This document shows, piece after piece, positions 18,403 to 26,866 of a DNA stretch of 51,522 bases. The translations under genes were made by a program, and so were the position numbers. How positions within the stretch are numbered: the first letter of the stretch is position 1; the number at the start of each line of letters is the position of its first letter. Origin of the DNA: Gammaproteobacteria bacterium (GTDB lineage: Bacteria; Pseudomonadota; Gammaproteobacteria; GCA-001735895); assembly GCA_009937625.1 (NCBI GenBank), contig JAACFA010000029.1:1-51522 (forward strand), written 5' to 3'. Below the pieces are notes generated by a model, which saw only the letters and a program-made list of their open reading frames with translations, made no database searches and was not told where the DNA came from.

Positions 18403-19689
18403 ATGGCTAAAAGCTACGATGCAATTATCATTGGTGCCGGAATAATCGGCTGTGCCACCTCGCTGGCGCTCGGGCGCAAGGGCTGGAAGGTGTCCGCGGG
18501 TTACGGCTCCACCTCGGGCTCCTGTGCCATTATCCGGCCTTATTACTCCACGCTGGACGGTTCGGCGATGGCCTACGAATCGCATTTCTACTGGAAGAAC
18601 TGGGCCGATTACCTGGGCGGCGACGACGTCGACGAGCGCGGCCTGATCGAGTATCACAACGTCGGTTCGCTGGTGATGAAAACCGAGGCCAACGACTACC
18701 TGCGCCCGACCATGGAGTTGATGGACCGGCTCGATTCGCCCTACAGCGAGTACTCGCCCGCGGAAATTCGCGAGAAGCTGCCGGTCTGGAATACCGACTC
18801 GTTTTACCCGGTCAAGCGTCCGCAGGATCCCGGCTTCGGCGTGCCCAACGATGAGCCGCTGCCGGGCGGGGTGTTGTTCCATGCCGCCGGTTACATTTCC
18901 GATCCGCAGCTTGCGACGCATAACATCATGCGCGCCGCCGAGATTGCCGGAGGTGAGTTTCGCTACAACGCCCGGGTCGTCGAGATCCTGCGCGCCGGGG
19001 GCAAGGTCAGCGGTATCGCCCTCGAGAATGGCGAAACCCTCGAGTCGCCGGTGGTGCTCAATGCCGCCGGTCCGCATTCGTCCAAGGTCAACCAGATGGC
19101 CGATGTTGAGAAATCGATGAAGGTCAAAACTCGCGCCCTGCGCCAGGAAGTCGCTCACGTGCCACTGCCGGAGGGCTATCGCCGCGAAACCGCCTGCGTC
19201 ACGTCGGATAGCGACATCGGGCTATACACCCGGCCGGAGCAGGGCGACGCGTTGTTGATCGGCAGCGAGGATCCGCCCTGCGATCCGCACGAATGGGTGG
19301 ATCCGGACGATTACAACCGTGATTTCAGCGAACAATGGAAGGTGCAGGTGCTGCGCACCTGCCAGCGCGTGCCGAATCTCGGCGTCCCCAACCAGATGCG
19401 CGGCGTAGTCGATCTGTACGACGTCACCGACGACTGGATCCCGATTTACGATCAATCGGACCTGCCCGGCTTTTACCTCGCAATCGGCACCAGCGGCAAC
19501 CAGTTCAAGAATGCCCCGATCGCGGGCCAGCTGATGGCGGACATCATCGAGGCGACGCAGAACGGTAACGACCAGGATGCAAGCCCGATCGATTTCCACC
19601 TGAAATACATCGATCATACTTTTTCCAGCGGTTTTTACTCCAGGTTGCGCGAGATCAACCAGGACAGCAGCTTTTCGGTACTGGGATAA
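18403..19689 (+). CDS. FAD-dependent oxidoreductase (DAO / sarcosine-oxidase-beta-like)
   Basis: Track ORF 18349..19689; start moved to ATG 18403 (MAKSYDAIIIGAGIIGC...). GxGxxG dinucleotide motif and a DAO-like body. See the finding on the missing beta2 acidic residue. Confidence 0.8.
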   Translation: MAKSYDAIIIGAGIIGCATSLALGRKGWKVSAGYGSTSGSCAIIRPYYSTLDGSAMAYESHFYWKNWADYLGGDDVDERGLIEYHNVGSLVMKTEANDYLRPTMELMDRLDSPYSEYSPAEIREKLPVWNTDSFYPVKRPQDPGFGVPNDEPLPGGVLFHAAGYISDPQLATHNIMRAAEIAGGEFRYNARVVEILRAGGKVSGIALENGETLESPVVLNAAGPHSSKVNQMADVEKSMKVKTRALRQEVAHVPLPEGYRRETACVTSDSDIGLYTRPEQGDALLIGSEDPPCDPHEWVDPDDYNRDFSEQWKVQVLRTCQRVPNLGVPNQMRGVVDLYDVTDDWIPIYDQSDLPGFYLAIGTSGNQFKNAPIAGQLMADIIEATQNGNDQDASPIDFHLKYIDHTFSSGFYSRLREINQDSSFSVLG

Positions 19690-19694
19690 CGCTT

Positions 19695-22044
19695 ATGAAA
19701 TCGCATGCACGGGTAGTCGTTATCGGCGGTGGCGTTGTCGGCTGTAGCGTCATCTATCACCTGACCAGGCTCGGTATGCAGGACGTGCTGTTGATCGAGC
19801 GCTCCGAGTTGACCTCGGGCTCGACCTGGCATGCCGCGGGTGGATTTCACACCCTGAATGCCGATACCAACATGGCGGCCCTGCAGGGGTACACCATACG
19901 CCTATACCGGGAGCTCGAAGAAATCACCGGCCAGTCCTGCAGCCTGCATCACGTCGGCGGCATCACGCTCGCGGAATCGCCGGAGCGGCTCGATTTCCTC
20001 AAGTCGGCGCGCGCCATGCATCGCCACATGGGTCTCGATACGGAGCTGATTACACCCGACGAAATTCGCAACTTGAGCCCTATTACCAATACCGACGGGG
20101 TGCTCGGCGCACTTTACGATCCGCTGGATGGTCATCTCGACCCGTCCGGGACTACCCATGCCTATGCCAAAGCCGCACAGATGCAGGGCGCCGAAATCCT
20201 GCTGCGCAACCCGGTGCTGGAAACCAATCCGCGCCCCGACGGCAGCTGGGAAGTGGTCACCGAGCAGGGCACCATCATCGCCGAGCAGCTGGTCAATGCC
20301 GCCGGCCTGTGGGCACGCGAGGTCGGCGCCATGGCCGGGATTTACCTGCCGCTGCACCCGATGGAGCACCAGTATTTTGCAACCGCCGACATCGGCGAGT
20401 GATGGATCCCGAGGGCGAGAGTTACCTGCGCCAGGAAGGCAAGGGACTGGTGATCGGGTTTTACGAACAGAACTGCGTCCCCTGGGCGGTCGACGGCACG
20501 CGTTGGGATTTCGGGCACGAGCTGCTGGACGAAAATCTCGATCGAATCGGCGATTCGATGGAATTTGCGTTTCGGCGTTTTCCGGTGCTCGCCGAAGCCG
20601 GCATCAAGACCATTATCAACGGGCCCTTTACCTTTGCGCCGGACGGTAATCCGCTGGTCGGGCCGGTACCCGGGTTGCGTAACTACTGGTCGGCCTGCGC
20701 CGTTATGGCGGGATTCAGCCAGGGCGGCGGGGTTGGCCTGACGCTGGCGGAGTGGATGATCGAAGGCGAACCATCGCGCGACGTGTTCGCGATGGACGTC
20801 GCGCGTTTCGGCGATTACTGCACGCCGTCCTACACCCGGCTCAAGGTGCGCGAGAATTACCAGCGACGCTTCAGCGTATCCTACCCGAACGAAGAGCTGC
20901 CGGCCGCGCGACCGCTGGATACCACCCCGGCCTACGGCATCTGGAAATCGCAAAACGCGGCTTTGCGCCCGCGGGTGAAGCGCCTTACGAGATTCCGAGT
21001 TTCCGGCGTTCCAACGCTTTCGACACGGTGGGCGAGGAAGTTCGCGCGGTGCGCGAAAACGTCGGTCTGAACGAGGTGCATAATTTCGGCAAGTACGCAG
21101 TCTCGGGACCCGGTGCCCACGATTACCTCGACCGTATCATGGCTGGTCGGATTCCGGCAGTCGGTAAACTGAGCCTGAATCCGATGCTGAGCCCGAAGGG
21201 CAGGATTATCGGCGATTTTACCGTCGCGCAGCTTGACCAGGGGGTGTTCCAGGTAACCGCCTCGTTTGGTGCACAGGCTTATCACATGCGCTGGTTCGAG
21301 CAACATTTGCCGGAGTCGGGCGTCGATTTGCGCAACGTTTCGAAGCAGCGCATCGGCTTCCAGATTGCGGGCCCGAAGGCACAGGAACTGCTGAGCCGCG
21401 TTACTCGTGCGGACATTTCGACCGCGGCGATGCCGTTCCTGTCGGTGCGCGAAATCGATGTCGGTCAATGCCAGGCGATTGTCCAGCGTGTCAGTTATAC
21501 CGGCGATCGCGGCTACGAAATCTACGTCCCCTGGCATCAGCAGGTCGCGCTGTACGAAGTGTTGAGCGCGGCCGGCAAGGACCTCGGCCTGCGTCCCTTC
21601 GGCATGCGCGCGATGATGAGCCTGCGACTCGACAAGTCTTTCGGGTCCTGGATGCGGGAATTCAAACCCGATTACACGCCGCTGGAAACCGGGCTCGACC
21701 GGTTCGTCGACTATGACAAGCCGGTCGATTTCATCGGCAAGGCCGCGGCGTTGGCCGACAGAGAGCAGGGCGCAGAGCGCAAGCTTTGTACCTTCGAAGT
21801 CGACGCCAGCGACGCCGATGCCGTCGCCTGGGAGCCAATCTGGCATGATGGAGCGGTGGTCGGCTACGTAACCTCGGGCGGCTATTCACATTACGCGCAA
21901 AAGAGCATCGCTTTCGGTTTTATTCCAACCGGACTGGCCGCGGAGGGGCGCCAGGTTGAAGTCGAGATCCTCGGCGATATGATCCCGGCACGGCTCTATA
22001 CCGCACCACTGTTCGATCCGAATAACGAATATCTGCGGGGTTAG
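19695..22044 (+). pseudogene. Dimethylglycine/sarcosine-dehydrogenase-family gene (FAD oxidoreductase N-domain plus GcvT-like folate-binding C-domain) broken into three reading frames
   Basis: Three consecutive track ORFs (19695..20402, 20309..21070, 20752..22044) lie in three different frames. Together they read as one DMGDH-like protein: VVIGGGVVGCS..MEHQYFATADIGE* / MDPEGESYLRQEG...TTPAYGIWKSQNA / FAPAGEAPYEIPSFRRSNAF...GcvT-like C-terminus. Confidence 0.8.
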
Positions 22045-22172
22045 GCCTACAAGCCTTGTTGTTATCCCGGCAAGGCGACCGAGCGAGTTCCTCGCGACTG
22101 ACCGGTGGCCTGCGGCTTCCTGAATCGTGGGCCCTGGGATATAGTAGCGACGGACTTTTTAGGGGATGAATT

Positions 22173-23099
22173 ATGGCGTCGGGTTCACGGACGGTCATCT
22201 TTGCGGCATTGATTGGCAATGCGTTGATCTCGATTACCAAGTTTGTCGCGGCCTCGATTACCGGCAGCTCGGCGATGCTCTCCGAGGGCATTCACTCGCT
22301 GGTCGATACCGGCAACCAGGTGCTGTTGCTGTACGGATTGAAGCGCGCCGCCAAACCGCCCGACGCCGATTTTCCTTTCGGTTACGGCAAGGAGATCTAC
22401 TTCTGGAGTTTCATCGTTGCGATCCTGATATTTGCGCTCGGCGGCGGCATTTCGATTTACGAGGGGATTCAGCACGTACTGCATCCGAAGGCGATCAGCA
22501 ACCCAGTGGTCAATTACGTCGTGCTGGGGCTGGCGATGATTTTCGAAGGTGCAGCCTGGTATTTTGCGTTTCGCGAATTTAATCGGGTCAAGGGTAGCTG
22601 GAGTTACCTCGAGGCGGTTCAGCGAGCCAAGGACCCTACCTTATTCGTCGTGCTGTTCGAGGATAGCGCGGCGATGCTAGGCCTGATGGTTGCGTTTATG
22701 GGCGTGCTGCTGACGCAGGTCACCGGTATTCTTCTGTTCGACGGTATCGCGTCGGTAATCATTGGCCTGATCCTGATCGGCACGGCGGTTTGGCTGGCTT
22801 ACGAAACCAAGGGATTGCTGATCGGCGAAAGTGCCAACAGGTCGATTATCCGCGGCATCCGCAATACGCTTCGAGGGCAGTCGAATGTCAATCACATCAA
22901 CGAAATTCTGACGATGCATATGGGGCCCGATTTCATTCTGGCCAACATCAGCGTTGATTTTGCCAAAGCCATCAGCGCGCAGGACATCGAGGCCGACATT
23001 GCTGCTATCGATCGCTCGATCAAACAGAAGTATCCGCAGATCAAGCGTGTGTTCATCGAAGCGGAAAAGCGCAGCAACAAGTATCCGCACCACAGTTAG
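22173..23099 (+). CDS. Cation diffusion facilitator (CDF) family metal efflux transporter
   Basis: 308 aa. SAMLSEGIHSLVDTGNQVLLL is the typical CDF TM2 motif. Six TM helices plus a cytoplasmic C-terminal domain. Confidence 0.9.
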   Translation: MASGSRTVIFAALIGNALISITKFVAASITGSSAMLSEGIHSLVDTGNQVLLLYGLKRAAKPPDADFPFGYGKEIYFWSFIVAILIFALGGGISIYEGIQHVLHPKAISNPVVNYVVLGLAMIFEGAAWYFAFREFNRVKGSWSYLEAVQRAKDPTLFVVLFEDSAAMLGLMVAFMGVLLTQVTGILLFDGIASVIIGLILIGTAVWLAYETKGLLIGESANRSIIRGIRNTLRGQSNVNHINEILTMHMGPDFILANISVDFAKAISAQDIEADIAAIDRSIKQKYPQIKRVFIEAEKRSNKYPHHS

Positions 23100-23107
23100 G
23101 GGTAGTT

Positions 23108-23743
23108 ATGGGAAACGATTCCGACGAGATTCTGAGCCGCGTAAGCCATCTTGAAGACGGCGACAGTTCGCGCGATATCTACGACGACTGGTCGGGCAAT
23201 TACGACGATCACCTGATCGACGAATTCGGCTACATTTCCCCCGAAATTGCGGCCCAGGCCCTGAGCGACGAAATCGATGCGCCCCAGGTCGCCATCATCG
23301 ACTACGGCTGCGGTACCGGGTTGGTGGGGCAGGCGCTGAACCAGCAGGGTTTTACGACGGTCGACGGGATCGATATCTCGCAAGGCATGCTCGACGAAGC
23401 GCGCAAGAAACAGGTTTACCGCAGTTTGCTCTGCGGCGATCTGACGACAACGATCGCGCTCGACGACGCGAGTTACGACGCCGCAACCTGTATCGGCTCC
23501 ATGGGAGCTGGACATGTCGGCGCACAGCATGTGCCCGAACTATTGCGTCCGCTCAAAGCCGGCGGGCTGTTCGTCGTCATCATGAACGGGGCTTACTACG
23601 AGTCGGGCGGATTCGAGCAAGTTTTCAGACGGATGGAGAACGATGGCTTGTGGCGTATTCAGCGGCTCGAACAATTCAATTACATGACCGAGCTCGAGCG
23701 TCCTGGCTGGTTACTGGTCGCTGCCAAACAACTTGCGCGTTGA
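23108..23743 (+). CDS. Class I SAM-dependent methyltransferase
   Basis: 211 aa with motif I (IIDYGCGTGLVG) followed by VDGIDISQGMLDEA. Confidence 0.85.
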   Translation: MGNDSDEILSRVSHLEDGDSSRDIYDDWSGNYDDHLIDEFGYISPEIAAQALSDEIDAPQVAIIDYGCGTGLVGQALNQQGFTTVDGIDISQGMLDEARKKQVYRSLLCGDLTTTIALDDASYDAATCIGSMGAGHVGAQHVPELLRPLKAGGLFVVIMNGAYYESGGFEQVFRRMENDGLWRIQRLEQFNYMTELERPGWLLVAAKQLAR

Positions 23744-23799
23744 CCCGGGATAAAATCCGAAGAAACGTGTTCTGAGTCGTGTGCCCCTGGCCGGATCGG

Positions 23800-24093
23800 T
23801 TACTCGTGGCGTTCCAGGAAATCTTCCAGTTGCTGCGCGATTATATCCCAGATCGCCATGGGGCCGGCATTCCGTACAGTCTCCTCGCGCCAGTTTTCTA
23901 CCGGCATGGTTTTGATCGCATCCTTCACCTGCGGCAGTCGTTCCTCGAACCACTTCAGCTCGGAGCGGGTATCGTGCTCTTCGTCGAGATGTTCGGTTGC
24001 TTTTTGAGCGCGCTCGTAGAGTTCATCGATATGCTTCATGCGAGACTCGTATTCCCGAATATGCTGATCGATTAATTGCTCTTTGGTGGTCAT
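23800..24093 (-). CDS. Small acidic helical hypothetical protein
   Basis: 97-aa ORF with a plausible coding pattern. The overlapping plus-strand ORF 23779..24075 looks like its shadow. No family recognised. Confidence 0.5.
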   Translation of the reverse strand: MTTKEQLIDQHIREYESRMKHIDELYERAQKATEHLDEEHDTRSELKWFEERLPQVKDAIKTMPVENWREETVRNAGPMAIWDIIAQQLEDFLERHE

Positions 24094-24224
24094 TCGTATT
24101 TCTCCGATCCTTATGGCGGTACATTACTACCGTTTATACTATCTTGCCTGATTTATATCAAAAATGAGTTGATCGTGCTCATGCGCAAGGCTAATCTTCG
24201 GGCACGCTAATTTCTGACCTTTGC

Positions 24225-24857
24225 ATGACCGGCTCGACCTTACTTGAAACCCAAAATCTCGGCTGTATTCGGAACGATCGTCAACTTTTTGCGCAGCTCG
24301 ATATTGTACTCGAAGCAGGCGAGATGCTGGTGGTCGAGGGGCCTAACGGCTGTGGCAAGACCAGCCTGTTGCGGATACTCACCGGACTCAGGCTGGCGGA
24401 TAGCGGCGAGATTCTGTGGCGTGGTCAGCCCATCGACCGTCTCGCCGGCGACTACTACGAGCAGGTCAATTACGTGGGCCATCACGATGGCGTAAAGTAC
24501 GAATTATCCTGCCTCGAAAACCTGCGACTGGCGAGGGCGATGGGCGTTCCGTCGCCGCTCGATCTCGATGATGTGCTCGAACAGGTCAATCTGTATGCCT
24601 ATGGCGACTCCGAGGTCGGTAGTCTTTCAGCCGGTCAGAAACGCCGTCTGGCGCTGGCGCGACTGCTCGCCACGGATTCATTGTTATGGATACTGGACGA
24701 ACCTTTTACCTCGCTCGACAAGGCTAGCATGGAGATGTTCGCCGGTCTGTTCGAACAGCACCTGCAGCGCGACGGCGTTATCGTGGTGACTTCGCATCAC
24801 GATATTTCCCTGCCGACACGTGATTTGCAACGGCTTAACCTTGGAGCACAGGCGTGA
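24225..24857 (+). CDS. ccmA: Haem exporter ATP-binding protein CcmA
   Basis: Walker A GPNGCGKTS, signature LSAGQKRRLALA, Walker B LWILDEP. First gene of the ccm operon. Confidence 0.95.
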   Translation: MTGSTLLETQNLGCIRNDRQLFAQLDIVLEAGEMLVVEGPNGCGKTSLLRILTGLRLADSGEILWRGQPIDRLAGDYYEQVNYVGHHDGVKYELSCLENLRLARAMGVPSPLDLDDVLEQVNLYAYGDSEVGSLSAGQKRRLALARLLATDSLLWILDEPFTSLDKASMEMFAGLFEQHLQRDGVIVVTSHHDISLPTRDLQRLNLGAQA

Positions 24858-25540
24858 GCAACCGTCTCTCACTGGGACAAGCGTTTATTTTCCTGCTCAG
24901 GCGCGACCTGTTGCTGGCGCTGCGCAATCGCGCGGAATACGCGATGCCGCTGTTGTTTTTCGTGCTGGTGATCACCATGTTTCCGCTTGCGCTCGGGGCT
25001 TTGCCGGAATTGCTGGCACGCATCGCGCCCGGTATCATCTGGGTCGCGGCACTGCTCGCGGCGATGCTGTCACTGGATAGCATCTTCCGCTCCGATTTCG
25101 ACGATGGCTCGCTCGAACAGATACTGCTGAGCGCGCACCCGATCGCAATACTGGTGCTGGCGAAAGTCAGCGCGCACTGGCTGGTGACGGGCTTGCCGCT
25201 GCTGATTGTGGCCCCGCTGCTGGCGGAAATGCTGGGGATGTCGGCACAGGCTCAACCGACGCTGTTGCTGACTATTTTGATCGGGACACCGATCCTGAGC
25301 CTGATCGGCGCGATCGGGGTGGCATTGACTGTGGGGTTGCGAAAAGGTGGTATAATTCTGTCGCTTTTGGTATTGCCGCTTTACGTGCCGGTGCTGATTT
25401 TTGCATCGAGCGCGATCGATAATGCCGCCATGGGTTTCGACGTGTCGGCGCAGATTTACATGTTACTGGCATTTCTGCTGTTATCGGTCTCGCTGTCGCC
25501 CTGGGCAACGGCAGCGGCCTTGAGAATGTCAGCAAGCTAA
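24854..25540 (+). CDS. ccmB: Haem exporter permease CcmB
   Basis: 228 aa, polytopic, 4-nt overlap with ccmA, in the canonical position. Confidence 0.95.
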   Translation: MSNRLSLGQAFIFLLRRDLLLALRNRAEYAMPLLFFVLVITMFPLALGALPELLARIAPGIIWVAALLAAMLSLDSIFRSDFDDGSLEQILLSAHPIAILVLAKVSAHWLVTGLPLLIVAPLLAEMLGMSAQAQPTLLLTILIGTPILSLIGAIGVALTVGLRKGGIILSLLVLPLYVPVLIFASSAIDNAAMGFDVSAQIYMLLAFLLLSVSLSPWATAAALRMSAS

Positions 25541-25550
25541 ACGAGTTTAT

Positions 25551-26276
25551 ATGTTTCTCTGGTTTCACAAATTGGGTTCGCCACCACATTTTTATCGGAT
25601 CGCCGGTAAGTGGATTCCGTGGCTGACCTGGATATTCCTGATCCTGGTAGCTGCCGGGCTTTACGGCGGCTTGATCCTGGCGCCACCGGACTACCAGCAG
25701 GGCGAGAGTTATCGCATCATTTTCGTGCACGTGCCGTCGGCCTGGATGTCGATGTTCATATACGTGACCATGGCCTTTTGCGCTGTCGTTATTATTGTCT
25801 GGCGCATGAAACTCGCTGAAGTGGTTTTGATCAGCAGCGCTCCGATCGGCGCCAGCTTTACCTTCCTGGCGCTGGTGACCGGTTCGCTGTGGGGTAAACC
25901 CATGTGGGGAACCTACTGGGTCTGGGATGCACGCCTGACTTCAGAGCTGATCCTGCTGTTCCTGTATCTGGGCGTTATCGGCCTGCACAACGCGATCGAA
26001 GACAAGCGCGTGGCGGCTCGCGCGGTCGCGATCCTGGCGCTGGTGGGCGTGGTGAACATCCCGATCATTCACTATTCGGTGGAATGGTGGCATTCGCTGC
26101 ACCAGGGCGCTTCGCTGACCAAGTTCGACAAGCCGTCGATGCCGCCAAGCATGTATATCCCGATCCTGATCATGGCGCTCGCTTTCCAGTTTTACTACGC
26201 CCTCACGTTATTTCACAAGTGCCGCGTGGAATTGCTGCAACGCGAGCGAAATAGTAAATGGGTTAAGGAACTTTAG
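25551..26276 (+). CDS. ccmC: Haem exporter/haem lyase subunit CcmC
   Basis: 241 aa with the WGxxWxWD tryptophan-rich motif (WGKPMWGTYWVWDARL). Confidence 0.95.
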   Translation: MFLWFHKLGSPPHFYRIAGKWIPWLTWIFLILVAAGLYGGLILAPPDYQQGESYRIIFVHVPSAWMSMFIYVTMAFCAVVIIVWRMKLAEVVLISSAPIGASFTFLALVTGSLWGKPMWGTYWVWDARLTSELILLFLYLGVIGLHNAIEDKRVAARAVAILALVGVVNIPIIHYSVEWWHSLHQGASLTKFDKPSMPPSMYIPILIMALAFQFYYALTLFHKCRVELLQRERNSKWVKEL

Positions 26277-26435
26277 ATGGCGGAATTTTTCCAAATGGGT
26301 GGCTATGCCGCTTTTGTATGGCCTAGTTATGGGCTATGTGCGCTGGTATTATGGCTAAATTGGTATGTACCCCGTAAACAACATGACAAGGAATTGCGCC
26401 AGCTGAAACGGCGCCACAAGGCTGAAAGACAATGA
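26277..26435 (+). CDS. ccmD: Haem exporter protein CcmD (52 aa)
   Basis: Below the ORF-track length cut-off. Hand translation from ATG 26277 gives MAEFFQMGGYAAFVWPSYGLCALVLWLNWYVPRKQHDKELRQLKRRHKAERQ*. This has the GGYA.FVW.SYG motif and one TM helix. The start abuts the ccmC stop, and the stop overlaps the ccmE ATG (ATGA). Confidence 0.85.
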   Translation: MAEFFQMGGYAAFVWPSYGLCALVLWLNWYVPRKQHDKELRQLKRRHKAERQ

Positions 26436-26866
26436 CTCCTGCACGCAAGAAAAGACTTTTTTTAATTTTTCTGATGGTCGCCGGCGTTAGCGTTGGCGTT
26501 GGCCTGGCGCTCAAGTCGCTGGACGAAAATATCATGTTCTTTTTTACCCCCACCGAAGTAATGGCCGGAGAGGCGCCGCCTAACAAGCTGTTTCGCATGG
26601 GCGGTATGGTCGTTAACGGCAGCGTCAGTCGCCCCGGCGATGGACTGACCGTGCAGTTCGATCTGACGGATAACAAACAGCAGGTCACGGTGCGCTATGC
26701 CGGTATCCTGCCGGACCTGTTTCGTGAAGGCCAGGGCATCATCGCCAATGGCAAGCTGAACGAGCGCGGCGAATTCGTCGCCCAGGAAGTGCTGGCCAAG
26801 CACGACGAAAATTACATGCCGCCGGAACTTGCCGGCATGCACAAGGAAGGGGAGGTGCAACAATGA
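26432..26866 (+). CDS. ccmE: Cytochrome c maturation haem chaperone CcmE
   Basis: 144 aa with an N-terminal anchor and the haem-binding His context LAKHDENYMPPE. Confidence 0.95.
   Translation: MTPARKKRLFLIFLMVAGVSVGVGLALKSLDENIMFFFTPTEVMAGEAPPNKLFRMGGMVVNGSVSRPGDGLTVQFDLTDNKQQVTVRYAGILPDLFREGQGIIANGKLNERGEFVAQEVLAKHDENYMPPELAGMHKEGEVQQ

Noticed and set aside
20400-20402. TGA at the first DMGDH break as selenocysteine, readthrough or programmed recoding; also possible programmed frameshifts at ccmI and the VWA gene
   Set aside because: Reading through the TGA in frame gives non-homologous sequence that hits another stop within ~17 codons. I saw no slippery heptamer or obvious downstream stimulatory structure at any junction, and the junctions appear to have lost conserved residues.
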